Positions 54,670-64,000 of a stretch of 64,000 nucleotides of DNA are shown here, one piece after another (position 1 is the stretch's first letter; each line of letters starts with the position of its first letter). A program made the position numbers and the translations under genes. The stretch is from Clostridium sp. (GTDB lineage: Bacteria > Bacillota > Clostridia > Clostridiales > Clostridiaceae): contig NZ_JAXFPT010000048.1 of NCBI RefSeq assembly GCF_034179595.1, positions 27 to 64,026 on the forward strand, written 5' to 3'. The notes beneath the pieces were generated by a model. That model saw only the letters and a program-made list of their open reading frames with translations. It was not told the origin of the DNA and searched no databases.

Positions 54670-56382
54670 ATGGTAAAAAAGTTTATTAGTTATTACAAGC
54701 CATATAAAAAATTATTTTTACTAGATATGTTAACGGCACTTATAGCTGCAATATGTGATTTAATATATCCATATATGACAAAAGAGCTTATAAATATATC
54801 TATACCAAATAAAAATTTAAGGATGATAATTGTTTTTGCGATAGTATTAATTATTATCTTCTTAATTAAAGCTCTTTGTACATACTTCATGCAATATTGG
54901 GGACATGTAGTAGGAGTTAGGATGCAGGGAGATATGAGAAGAGATGTATTTACACATCTTCAAAAGCTTCCAAATACATATTTTGATAATAATAAAACTG
55001 GGGACATAATGTCTAAAATAGTTAATGACTTAATTGAAATTTCAGAACTTGCTCATCATGGCCCAGAAGATTTATTTATTTCACTTGTAATGTTATTTGG
55101 ATCATTCTTTATACTTATACGCATTAATATAGCACTTACACTTATAATATTTGCATTTATTCCTATAATAGTTATTTTCACTCTTAGACAAAGAAGAAAA
55201 ATGGCTAAAGCATTTTTAAATACAAGAGTTGAAACAGGATTTGTAAATTCTACTTTAGAAAACAGTATATCAGGAATAAAAGTTTCTAAAGCTTTTGTAA
55301 GCAGAGATTATGAAGTTAATAAGTTTGAAGAAGGAAATTCTAAATTTAAAAAAGCTTCAGAAGCATCTTACAAAGTAATGGCACAATATTTTTCAGGTGC
55401 TGAGTTTTACTTAAATTTATTAAATTATGTTGTACTTATAGCTGGAGGTATATTTACTTTATACGGAAAAATAAATATTGGTGATTTTATGGCCTATGTT
55501 TTATACATAAAGTTATTTACTGATCCTATAAGAAGACTTATTAACTTTATGGAACAATATCAAAGTGGTATGACTGGATTTAAAAGATTTATGGATACAC
55601 TTAATGTTGAAGCTGAAAAAGACAAAAAAGATGCTAAAGATTTATCTAATATAAATGGAAATATTGAATTTAATGATATTCATTTTAGTTACGAAAATAA
55701 AAAAATTCTTGAAGGTATATCTTTAAATATAGAAGCTGGTAAAACAGTAGCTTTAGTTGGACCATCTGGAGGAGGAAAAACTACATTTTGTAATTTAATT
55801 CCTAGATTCTATGATGTTGAAAGTGGAGACATTTTAATTGATGGAAATAGTATTTATGATGTTAAGCTTGATTCTTTAAGAAAAAATATAGGTATAGTTC
55901 AACAAGAAGTATTTTTATTTACTGGAACAATAAAAGAAAATATCCTATATGGAAATATGAATGCAACAGATGAAGAAGTTATAGAAGCTTGTAAACTTGC
56001 AAATATTCATGACTTTATAATGCAACAAAAAGATGGATATGATACATATATTGGAGAAAGAGGAGTTAAACTTTCAGGTGGGCAAAAACAAAGAATATCT
56101 ATAGCAAGAGTATTCTTAAAGAATCCACCAATCCTTATATTAGATGAAGCAACATCAGCACTTGATAATACAACTGAATATATGATACAAAAATCATTAG
56201 AAAAACTTTGTGATGGAAGAACTACTTTAATTGTAGCTCATAGACTTTCAACTATAAAAAATGCAGATGAAATAGTAGTTTTAACTGATAAAGGCATTGA
56301 AGAGAGGGGAACTCATAAAGAACTTATAGAAAGAGATGGTATATATAAAGAGTTATATAATTCATCTAAAAAATTAAGTTAA
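54670..56382 (+). CDS. ABC exporter, fused permease/ATPase
   Basis: N-terminal TMD; GPSGGGKT, LSGGQKQR and LDEATSALD motifs. Confidence 0.95.
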   Translation: MVKKFISYYKPYKKLFLLDMLTALIAAICDLIYPYMTKELINISIPNKNLRMIIVFAIVLIIIFLIKALCTYFMQYWGHVVGVRMQGDMRRDVFTHLQKLPNTYFDNNKTGDIMSKIVNDLIEISELAHHGPEDLFISLVMLFGSFFILIRINIALTLIIFAFIPIIVIFTLRQRRKMAKAFLNTRVETGFVNSTLENSISGIKVSKAFVSRDYEVNKFEEGNSKFKKASEASYKVMAQYFSGAEFYLNLLNYVVLIAGGIFTLYGKINIGDFMAYVLYIKLFTDPIRRLINFMEQYQSGMTGFKRFMDTLNVEAEKDKKDAKDLSNINGNIEFNDIHFSYENKKILEGISLNIEAGKTVALVGPSGGGKTTFCNLIPRFYDVESGDILIDGNSIYDVKLDSLRKNIGIVQQEVFLFTGTIKENILYGNMNATDEEVIEACKLANIHDFIMQQKDGYDTYIGERGVKLSGGQKQRISIARVFLKNPPILILDEATSALDNTTEYMIQKSLEKLCDGRTTLIVAHRLSTIKNADEIVVLTDKGIEERGTHKELIERDGIYKELYNSSKKLS

Positions 56383-56474
56383 TATTAAATAAGATAAAGT
56401 TAATAGAAAATTCTATTGCTTTATCTTATTTTTATTTTAACGAATATTTAAAAAAGTTGTGACTAAAAATAGTA

Positions 56475-56535
56475 TTGACTAATATTTTAAAAAGAGTTAT
56501 GATTTAAGAAAAAAGTTATACCCCTTGGGGGTATA
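56475..56535 (+). promoter_or_regulatory. trxA promoter with a CsoR/CstR-type operator
   Basis: TTGACT (56475-56480)-17 bp-TATGAT (56498-56503), then TATACCCCTTGGGGGTATA (56517-56535). Confidence 0.75.
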
Positions 56536-56551
56536 TAGTGGAGGTAATAAT

Positions 56552-56866
56552 ATGACAAAACATATTGCAGATAATAATTTTAAATCAGAAGTTTTAGATC
56601 AAAAAGGAATAGTAGTAGTTGACTTTTTTGCAACTTGGTGTGGACCTTGTAAAATGATAGCACCTATAATAGAAGAATTAGAAAAAGAAATGACAAATAT
56701 TAAATTTGTTAAATTAGATGTTGACGAAAATCCAGAAGTATCTAATAAATATCAAATACAAAGTATACCAACATTAAAAGTATTTAAAGATGGTCAAGAT
56801 GTTGATACTGTTGTAGGATTCTTACCAAAGGATCAAATAAAAGCACTAATAGAAAAACATATATAA
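56552..56866 (+). CDS. trxA: Thioredoxin
   Basis: WCGPC motif; ATG at 56552 follows GGAGG. Confidence 0.96.
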   Translation: MTKHIADNNFKSEVLDQKGIVVVDFFATWCGPCKMIAPIIEELEKEMTNIKFVKLDVDENPEVSNKYQIQSIPTLKVFKDGQDVDTVVGFLPKDQIKALIEKHI

Positions 56867-56876
56867 GAGGTTTTTT

Positions 56877-57728
56877 ATGGAAAGATATGATATAGCTATA
56901 GTTGGTAGTGGTCCAGCTGGACTATCTGCAGCATTAAATGCAAAAATTAGAAACAAGTCTTTTATAATATTTGGAGATAGTAATCTTAGTAGTAAGATAG
57001 AAAAAGCTCCTAAAGTTAATAATTATTTAGGTTTCACTTTAGGGTCAGGAAAAGATCTTCTAAATAGTTTTAAAGAACATTTAGATAAAATGGGAATAGA
57101 AATTGTAAATGAAAGAATAAATAATATATATTCAATGGGTGATTATTTTACTTTAATGGTTAATCAAAAAATGTATGAAGCTAGATCAGTTATATTAGCA
57201 ACTGGTACAGAATATACAAGACCATTAAAAGGAGAAGAAGCTTTCATAGGGAGAGGTGTAGGGTATTGCGCAACATGTGATGCACCACTTTATAAAGGAA
57301 AGAAAGTAACTATAATAAGTTATCATGAAGAGGGAGAAGAAGAAGCAAATTTTGTTAGTGAATTAGCTAGCGAAGTATTTTTCGTTCCAATGTATAAAGG
57401 CGATTATAAATTAAATGATAATATAAAAGTTATAGATGGAAAACCAATTGAAATAGTTGGAGATTCTAAAGTTTCTAAAGTATTGTTTGATGACGGAAAA
57501 GAGCTAGATACTGATGGAGTATTTTTATTAAAAAATGCCGTTCCACCTACTCAATTAGTACCAGGACTTGAAATTGAAGATGGACACATAAAAGTAGATA
57601 GATTAATGAGAACAAATATTAAAGGGTGTTTTGCAGCAGGAGATTGTGTTGGTAAGCCATACCAATATATAAAGTCTGCTGGAGAAGGAAATGTTGCAGC
57701 ACTTAGCGCAGTATCGTATCTAGGATAA
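56877..57728 (+). CDS. trxB: Thioredoxin reductase-like flavoprotein
   Basis: GSGPAG, GYCATCD and FAAGD motifs; the usual NADPH-binding GGGxxA reads SYHEEG. Confidence 0.8.
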   Translation: MERYDIAIVGSGPAGLSAALNAKIRNKSFIIFGDSNLSSKIEKAPKVNNYLGFTLGSGKDLLNSFKEHLDKMGIEIVNERINNIYSMGDYFTLMVNQKMYEARSVILATGTEYTRPLKGEEAFIGRGVGYCATCDAPLYKGKKVTIISYHEEGEEEANFVSELASEVFFVPMYKGDYKLNDNIKVIDGKPIEIVGDSKVSKVLFDDGKELDTDGVFLLKNAVPPTQLVPGLEIEDGHIKVDRLMRTNIKGCFAAGDCVGKPYQYIKSAGEGNVAALSAVSYLG

Positions 57729-57828
57729 AAAAAGTACCAAATTTTTGGTACTTTTTTTTATTGACAAATATATACTAATAAGAGTATACTACTGATTTAT
57801 AAACAATATATTAGGGGGGGAGAAGTTT

Positions 57829-57957
57829 ATGAATTATAGAGAAAATCTTATATTAAAAATTAAACAAGCATCTTGTAATAAATACAACAGAGAAAATCTT
57901 GCAAAGCTTAATTTGAAAGAATTAAAAAGACTATCAGAAGAATTGTGCGCAAAATAA
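57829..57957 (+). CDS. Small basic protein (42 aa, absent from ORF track)
   Basis: MNYRENLILKIKQASCNKYNRENLAKLNLKELKRLSEELCAK; own TTGACA (57761)/TATACT (57785) promoter, G-rich RBS and downstream hairpins. Confidence 0.65.
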   Translation: MNYRENLILKIKQASCNKYNRENLAKLNLKELKRLSEELCAK

Positions 57958-58080
57958 GAAAGGAATATATATGCAAAAGTATATATGAAAAAAGAGTAGT
58001 TAGTATAAATTTTAACTGCTCTTTCTTTTTTTATAAATAAAAAAGAGTAAAGATAAAAATCCTTACTCTTTAAATAAAAA

Positions 58081-59652
58081 CTATCTTCTCTTTGTAGCTA
58101 CTTCAACGTTAACTCTTCTACCATTTAGCTTAACGCCTGAACATTTTTCAATGATTTTCTTTTGTGCTCCAGGTTCTACTGAAACAAATGAGAAGTTTTC
58201 AAGTATATCAATTTTGTTTATTTTTGATCCATTTACTCTAGCTCTATCAGCTATGAATTTTACTAGAGTTTTAGGTGATAATTTATCTCTCTTACCTATT
58301 GAGAAGAATAATCTAACATCTTCTGATTTTGGAGGAGTTAGAACATTTTCTTTATAGTCAAATGACATTTCATTATCAAATTGCATTTTAAGTAATGCAG
58401 CTATAGCGTTAACTGGATCAAAGTTTTCAGCTATGCTTTCAGCAAGTGGTAAGTATTTTTTGTAAGCTTTATTTTGAAGAACTTCTTCTATGTTTGAGTA
58501 TTTATTTTGAAGTTTCTTTTCAAGGATTTCATCTACTGTAGGTATAGTGCCTCTTTCGATATTACCCTTAGTAACCTTTTTAATTTCTCTCATCATTCCG
58601 TTTTCTCTTGGAGTAACGAATGAGTAAGCAGTTCCTTCTCTGTTAGCTCTTCCTGTTCTTCCTATTCTGTGAACATAACTTTCAACATCTTGAGTTAAGT
58701 CATAGTTTATAACATGTGTAACACCTTCAACGTCAATTCCTCTTGCAGCTACATCAGTTGCAACTAAGAAGTTTAATGAACCTTCTTTAAATCTCTTTAA
58801 AGTTTTCATTCTATGCATTTGAGACATGTCTCCGTGCATACCTTCAACAACATAATTTTTGCTTTGCATTTCTTGAACTAATTCATCTACGCCCTTTTTA
58901 GTCTTACAGAATACTATAGCTATTTCAGGATTGTCATAATCTAAAACTCTACATAATGCTTCAAATTTATTTTTATGATTAACTTCAAAGAATTTTTGTT
59001 TAATCTTAGATACTGTCATAGCAACCTTTTTAATTTCGATATGCTTAGAATCTTTTTTCATGTATTTGTTAGCTAATCTCTTAATTTGAGGTGGCATTGT
59101 AGCAGAGAATAGAAGTGTTTGACGATCTTCTGGTAATTCATTTATAACACTTTCTATATCATCTATAAATCCCATGTTTAGCATTTCATCAGCTTCATCT
59201 AATACTAAATATTTAGCTTTGCTTAGGTTAAGTTTTTTTCTTCTGATTAAGTCAAGAACTCTACCTGGTGTTCCAACAACTATATCAACATGTTGGTTTA
59301 AAGCTTTTATTTGTCTAGCTATAGAATCTCCACCGTATACAGGTAATACTTGTAGCTTTTCATATTTAGTAAGCTTTTTAAGCTCTTCATAAATTTGAAT
59401 TGCAAGTTCTCTTGTAGGAGTAAGTATTAATGCACCAACATTATTTGATTTTTCAAAAGTATTAAGTATTGAACAACTAAATGCAGCAGTTTTTCCAGTT
59501 CCTGTTTGTGCTTGCCCGATTAAGTCATAACCTTCTGCAGCTAGTGGAATACTTTGTGCTTGTATTGGTGATGGTGATTCATATCCTAAATCTTTTATAG
59601 CTTTTAAGATACTTTCTCTTAAGTTTAAATCTTCAAATTTTATATTATTCAT
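58081..59652 (-). CDS. DEAD-box RNA helicase with DbpA-type C-terminal RNA-binding domain
   Basis: AQTGTGKT, PTRELA, DEAD, SAT and HRIGRTGR motifs. Confidence 0.96.
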   Translation of the reverse strand: MNNIKFEDLNLRESILKAIKDLGYESPSPIQAQSIPLAAEGYDLIGQAQTGTGKTAAFSCSILNTFEKSNNVGALILTPTRELAIQIYEELKKLTKYEKLQVLPVYGGDSIARQIKALNQHVDIVVGTPGRVLDLIRRKKLNLSKAKYLVLDEADEMLNMGFIDDIESVINELPEDRQTLLFSATMPPQIKRLANKYMKKDSKHIEIKKVAMTVSKIKQKFFEVNHKNKFEALCRVLDYDNPEIAIVFCKTKKGVDELVQEMQSKNYVVEGMHGDMSQMHRMKTLKRFKEGSLNFLVATDVAARGIDVEGVTHVINYDLTQDVESYVHRIGRTGRANREGTAYSFVTPRENGMMREIKKVTKGNIERGTIPTVDEILEKKLQNKYSNIEEVLQNKAYKKYLPLAESIAENFDPVNAIAALLKMQFDNEMSFDYKENVLTPPKSEDVRLFFSIGKRDKLSPKTLVKFIADRARVNGSKINKIDILENFSFVSVEPGAQKKIIEKCSGVKLNGRRVNVEVATKRR

Positions 59653-59948
59653 TCAAATTTCCCTTCATATATATAATTATTTGTACCGTACATTCTAATT
59701 TAAATTATCAACTTAATAAGTATAGCTTAAAGAATAGGTGATTGTAAAGGCAGATTAAAATATTTAGTAAAGTAATCTATTACATGTGAATAATATTTGA
59801 ACAAAAAGTAGAAATATAGAAAAATAAAGAGATTATAGAAAAAAATAAATGACTATTGACTAAAAAACATAAAATTTGTATGCTTATACATAGACAATTT
59901 TTTGTTAAGAGAAATATTAATAGAAAAATTTAAAAGGACAGGTGAGAC

Positions 59949-60605
59949 ATGGTGATAGTTGTAGGTGGAATGATAGGTCTTGGAAAGAGTTCAGTTGCAA
60001 AGATACTTGGTGAACATTTTAATTCAGACGTTTTTTATGAGAGTGTAGATGATAACCCTATATTACCTTTATTTTATAGTGAAACAGAGGAAGAGATAAA
60101 TAAAAAAAGATATCCTTTTTTACTACAATTATATTTTTTAAATACAAGATTTAAGAGTATAAAAGATGCATTAGTACATGATAATAATGTATTAGATAGA
60201 TCAATTTATGAAGATTGGTATTTTGCTAAAAAGAATATGGAACTTGGTAGAATATCAGAACTTGAAATGTCTATATATGAAAATTTATTAGACAATATGA
60301 TGCAAGAACTTGAAGAACTTCCAAAGAAAGCTCCAGATATAATGGTTTATTTAAAAGGTTCATTTGAAACAGTTTTAAATAGAATAAAGCTTAGAGGAAG
60401 AGAATTTGAAATAGATGAAAGCTTAAAAGATTATTATGAATTCTTATGGAAAGATTATGATGATTGGGTACAAAATCATTACAAAGCTTCAGATGTATTA
60501 ATAATAGATATGGATAGATTAGATGTTGTAAATAATGAAGCTGATAAAGAAGAATTAATAAAATTAGTTAAAGAAAAAGTGCAAGAAGTTAGAGAAAGAC
60601 AATAA
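59949..60605 (+). CDS. Deoxynucleoside kinase
   Basis: GMIGLGKS, LQLYFL, DRSIYED and RGREFE motifs. Confidence 0.92.
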   Translation: MVIVVGGMIGLGKSSVAKILGEHFNSDVFYESVDDNPILPLFYSETEEEINKKRYPFLLQLYFLNTRFKSIKDALVHDNNVLDRSIYEDWYFAKKNMELGRISELEMSIYENLLDNMMQELEELPKKAPDIMVYLKGSFETVLNRIKLRGREFEIDESLKDYYEFLWKDYDDWVQNHYKASDVLIIDMDRLDVVNNEADKEELIKLVKEKVQEVRERQ

Positions 60606-60655
60606 AATATTGTGATATAATTATATTATATTTCTAAATAAAAGGAGATGTAATT

Positions 60656-61033
60656 ATGGGTTTATTGGGTGGAATCCTAGGCAATGCCGGAGAAGTTTCA
60701 AAAGAATCTATTATTAAAGGATTTGGAAATCTACTTTATGATGGAGAAAATATTCAAAAAGCATACAAGCTTATAAGAGATACGATTATATTTACAGATA
60801 AAAGAATTATAATGATAGATATTCAAGGTGCTACTGGGAAAAAGGTAGAATACCATACTATACCTTATAGAAGCATAACTCATTTTTCAATAGAATCAAC
60901 AGGACATTTTGATTTAGATTCGGAGCTTAAAATATGGATTTCAGGTACAGCAGATCCTATAGAAAAGCAATTTACTAAAGGCGTTAATATATACGAAATG
61001 CAAACTATTTTAGCTAAAGCAACTTGCAGATAA
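60656..61033 (+). CDS. Bacterial PH domain protein
   Basis: RDTIIFTDKRII.IDIQGATGKK and FDLDSELKIW motifs. Confidence 0.88.
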   Translation: MGLLGGILGNAGEVSKESIIKGFGNLLYDGENIQKAYKLIRDTIIFTDKRIIMIDIQGATGKKVEYHTIPYRSITHFSIESTGHFDLDSELKIWISGTADPIEKQFTKGVNIYEMQTILAKATCR

Positions 61034-61231
61034 AAGTTAATAATTAATTTTAAAAAGAACCTATATAATAGATTTTTAAGAATCTGTTTGTAGGTTCTTT
61101 TTGTGTGCAAATTTAATTTATATAATAAAGTCATTTTTAAATCATTTTTAAAGATTAATGTCATTAAAAGAAACAAAAACAATATTAGTGAATAATATAA
61201 GTATTGTAAGTAATAAGAAAAGTAAATAAAT

Positions 61232-62371
61232 ATGAAAAAATATGCGGTTATTATTTTTACAATTGTTTTAGCTTTATGTTTAGAGGTGATGATGCTATTG
61301 AAATATAGAAATGAGAATGTTTCAGTTTCTAATTTAGAAGATAAAAGTTATAAGCATGAAAGGATTAATCAAGAGAAAATTGAAGAAAATATTCAAAATA
61401 AGGATATAGTTGATATTTCAAAAGCTGAGTATTCATATGATGAAATGGTAGAGGATTTAAGTTTGTTAAATTATAGGTATAAAGGAAAGATAAATATCTA
61501 TATAATTGGTAAAACTTATGATAAAAGAAATATATATGAAGTGATTATAGGAAATGAAAATGCTAAAAATCATGTTTTAATTCATGCAGGAATTCATGGA
61601 AGTGAATATTTAAATTGTCTTATTATCATGAAGCAGCTTGAATATTATCTAAAATCTTATGATACTGGCAGTTATAAGGGTATATCATATAAAACCTTAT
61701 TTGAAAAAACAGCTTTTCATATAGTGCCTATGGCAAATCCTGATGGAGTTACTATAAGTCAGTTTGGAATAGATAAAATAAATGATCTAAACTTAAGAAA
61801 ATGTATTGAAGAATGCTATAAGAAAGATTTACAAGATAATTACACTAATGATTGCTACAAAGATTATTTAAGGAAATGGAAGTCTAATGCAAGGGGAGTA
61901 GACTTAAATAGAAATTTTGATGCATCTTGGGGTTCTATACATCAATCACTACATCCTTCTTTTAAAAATTATAAAGGGGATATATATGAATCAGAACTAG
62001 AGGCACAAGCATTAGTTAAACTTACTAAGAAATATAATTTTACCGCAACTATAAGTTACCATTCTTCTGGAGATTTAATATATTGGGATTATAAAGATAG
62101 TGCTAATAGAAGTGAATGCAGTAATTTAGCTGATGTTGCTATAGAAGTAACTAATTATCAAAAAGCACTTAGTGATACTAATTATAGCAATGTAGTTTCT
62201 GGAGGATATAAAGATTGGGCATCTTCACAAAAAGGCAATGCGATTCCAAGCATTACTATTGAAAGTGGAAGTGGTACATGCCCATTAGAAATATCTGAAT
62301 TTGATGATATATTTAAGAAAAATTTAGATATATGGGCTGCTTATGGCTATTATTTTATTAATAGAGAATAA
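61232..62371 (+). CDS. M14 zinc carboxypeptidase (gamma-D-glutamyl-meso-DAP peptidase-like)
   Basis: IHGSE (HxxE), PMANPDG, NARGVDLNRNF and SYHS motifs; N-terminal hydrophobic segment. Confidence 0.88.
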   Translation: MKKYAVIIFTIVLALCLEVMMLLKYRNENVSVSNLEDKSYKHERINQEKIEENIQNKDIVDISKAEYSYDEMVEDLSLLNYRYKGKINIYIIGKTYDKRNIYEVIIGNENAKNHVLIHAGIHGSEYLNCLIIMKQLEYYLKSYDTGSYKGISYKTLFEKTAFHIVPMANPDGVTISQFGIDKINDLNLRKCIEECYKKDLQDNYTNDCYKDYLRKWKSNARGVDLNRNFDASWGSIHQSLHPSFKNYKGDIYESELEAQALVKLTKKYNFTATISYHSSGDLIYWDYKDSANRSECSNLADVAIEVTNYQKALSDTNYSNVVSGGYKDWASSQKGNAIPSITIESGSGTCPLEISEFDDIFKKNLDIWAAYGYYFINRE

Positions 62372-62391
62372 AAAATAGGAGGGTAAATAAT

Positions 62392-63156
62392 ATGGGAGAC
62401 AATAATAAATCAAGTATTAGTCTTGTAATTGAAACTATTATTTGTGTATTATTAGTTGGTGTTCTTATATTTGGAGGAATACTTGTATATAAAAACTCTA
62501 ATAATTCATCTAATAATACTAATTCCATTGCGCAAACTGATAATAATAATGAAAAAGTCAAAGATAAAACTGAGGATGAAGAAGATAAACCATCTACTAC
62601 TGTAAATATAACTAATAATACTCATCAAGAAGTTATAAATCCTGATAGTAGTCCAAAAACAGTAATAAATCATGTAGTAACACCATCATCTCCACAAGTT
62701 ACAAGTTTTGGTATTGGTGATATATATCTTTCTGATGTTTATAGTTTTTTATCATTAAGAAGTGCTTCAAGTACAAGTTCATCATGTATAGCTAAACTTG
62801 CTCCATGCACAGAGTTAGTTATATTAAGAAATTCAACTAATAATATGGTTTATGTACGTGTTAATGAAGGATTATATTCTGGATATACTGGATATGTAAG
62901 TGCATCATATATTACTAAAAGAGGTTATGGTTTGCAACGTGGCTCAATAAATAGCTCTTATTACTATGTTTCAGGAGTTAAAGAATATCTTCCAATAAGA
63001 TCTATTCCTGAAATAGATGATAGATATTTAATAGGAAAAGTTTATAATGGTGACAATGTAATGCTTCTTGAAAAAACTAATAATAAGTTTTGGAAGGTAA
63101 AAGATGTTGATCATAATGTAGTTGGTTATGTTGTTGCTGATTATTTGACAAAGTAA
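62392..63156 (+). CDS. Membrane-anchored protein with two SH3b-like domains
   Basis: N-terminal TM, low-complexity linker, and two repeats of the L.LR...GYV.A.Y type. Confidence 0.75.
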   Translation: MGDNNKSSISLVIETIICVLLVGVLIFGGILVYKNSNNSSNNTNSIAQTDNNNEKVKDKTEDEEDKPSTTVNITNNTHQEVINPDSSPKTVINHVVTPSSPQVTSFGIGDIYLSDVYSFLSLRSASSTSSSCIAKLAPCTELVILRNSTNNMVYVRVNEGLYSGYTGYVSASYITKRGYGLQRGSINSSYYYVSGVKEYLPIRSIPEIDDRYLIGKVYNGDNVMLLEKTNNKFWKVKDVDHNVVGYVVADYLTK

Positions 63157-63503
63157 TTTATAATAAAAAGTAATAATTTTTCCCATTTTAACTGTATTAA
63201 TATGATAAGGCTTTTATGATATTAAATATAATTTAATAAGACTTTTGTATTAAAAATAAAACTATATATATTTATGTATAGTTTTATTTTTTCTGTATTT
63301 ATATATATTTTAAGTTTATATACTTCATTAAGTCTTAGTGAAGCTTTTAAAATTATAAATGAGATTTATATAAACTATTCAGCTAATTTAAAAGAATGAT
63401 TATATGCTATAATATTTAAGTAAGATTTTAATTTAATTTAAATTTTTAGTTTAAATTTTATGTAATTAAGAATAAATTTAATTAGAATTAGGAGGTATAT
63501 ATC

Positions 63504-64000
63504 GTGGAATTTACAAAAGTTATTACAGAACGTTCTTCATGTAAGAAATATGATGGACGTAAAGTTGAAAAAGAAAAGATGGATGCAGTACTTGAAGCAG
63601 GAAGACTTGCCCCTACAGCAAAGAATTTACAAGAACAACATATATATGTAGTAGAATCAAAAGAAGGTCTTGCTAAAATTGATGAAGTAACACCATGTCG
63701 TTATGGTGCAGGAACAGTTATAGTAGTTGCATTTGATAAGACAAACGTATTTACTTATCCAGGTGGAAAGAGAGATTCAGGGGTAGAGGATGCAACCATA
63801 GTAGCAACTCACCTTATGCTTGCAGCAAAGAATGAAGGTCTTGAAACTTGTTGGATTAACTTCTTTGATCCAGAAGTGGTGGCTGAAAAACTTGGGCTTC
63901 CAGAAAATGAAGAAGTGCTTATGATGCTTGATATTGGATATGCTGCAGAGGGAGCACCAATAAATCCTCTACATAATCAACGTAAGGAATTATCTGAAAC
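63504..64000 (+). CDS. Nitroreductase family protein, 3'-partial
   Basis: GGAGG RBS plus GTG; ERSSCKKY, AGRLAPTAKNLQ, LMLAAKNEGLETCWI and DIGY motifs; runs off the window. Confidence 0.9.
   Translation, partial: MEFTKVITERSSCKKYDGRKVEKEKMDAVLEAGRLAPTAKNLQEQHIYVVESKEGLAKIDEVTPCRYGAGTVIVVAFDKTNVFTYPGGKRDSGVEDATIVATHLMLAAKNEGLETCWINFFDPEVVAEKLGLPENEEVLMMLDIGYAAEGAPINPLHNQRKELSE

Noticed and set aside
60880-61182. 100-aa minus-strand ORF
   Set aside because: Overlaps the PH-domain gene and its terminator, with no RBS or recognisable motif.

Overview
Very AT-rich Clostridium-type (Bacillota) chromosomal segment, mostly housekeeping genes. It includes lrgAB, a NitT/TauT-type ABC transporter, murT-gatD, manA, uppP, pfkA, a PyrR-controlled pyrB-pyrI-pyrC-pyrF-pyrK-pyrD-pyrE operon, pflBA, ldh, asnA, T-box-argS, Fur-boxed feoAB, a P-type ATPase, trxA-trxB and a DEAD-box helicase. 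I see no rRNA, tRNA, transposase, integrase or CRISPR array. The most striking feature is at the left edge. A DNA topoisomerase III gene (topB) is cut at its conserved Toprim 'D-S-G-R-E-G-E' motif. Upstream lies what looks like the right end of an inserted element. It carries an Mrr-like nuclease gene, direct and inverted TGTGTAAA repeats, and a hairpin-enclosed 13-nt copy of the topB sequence next to the junction. Other oddities are a tandem PyrR site whose second copy overlaps the pyrB ribosome-binding site, a Zn-domain-only PyrI, a birA gene destroyed by an internal deletion, two probable pseudo-enzymes and two unannotated small ORFs. All calls come from motif recognition by eye; no database searches were run.
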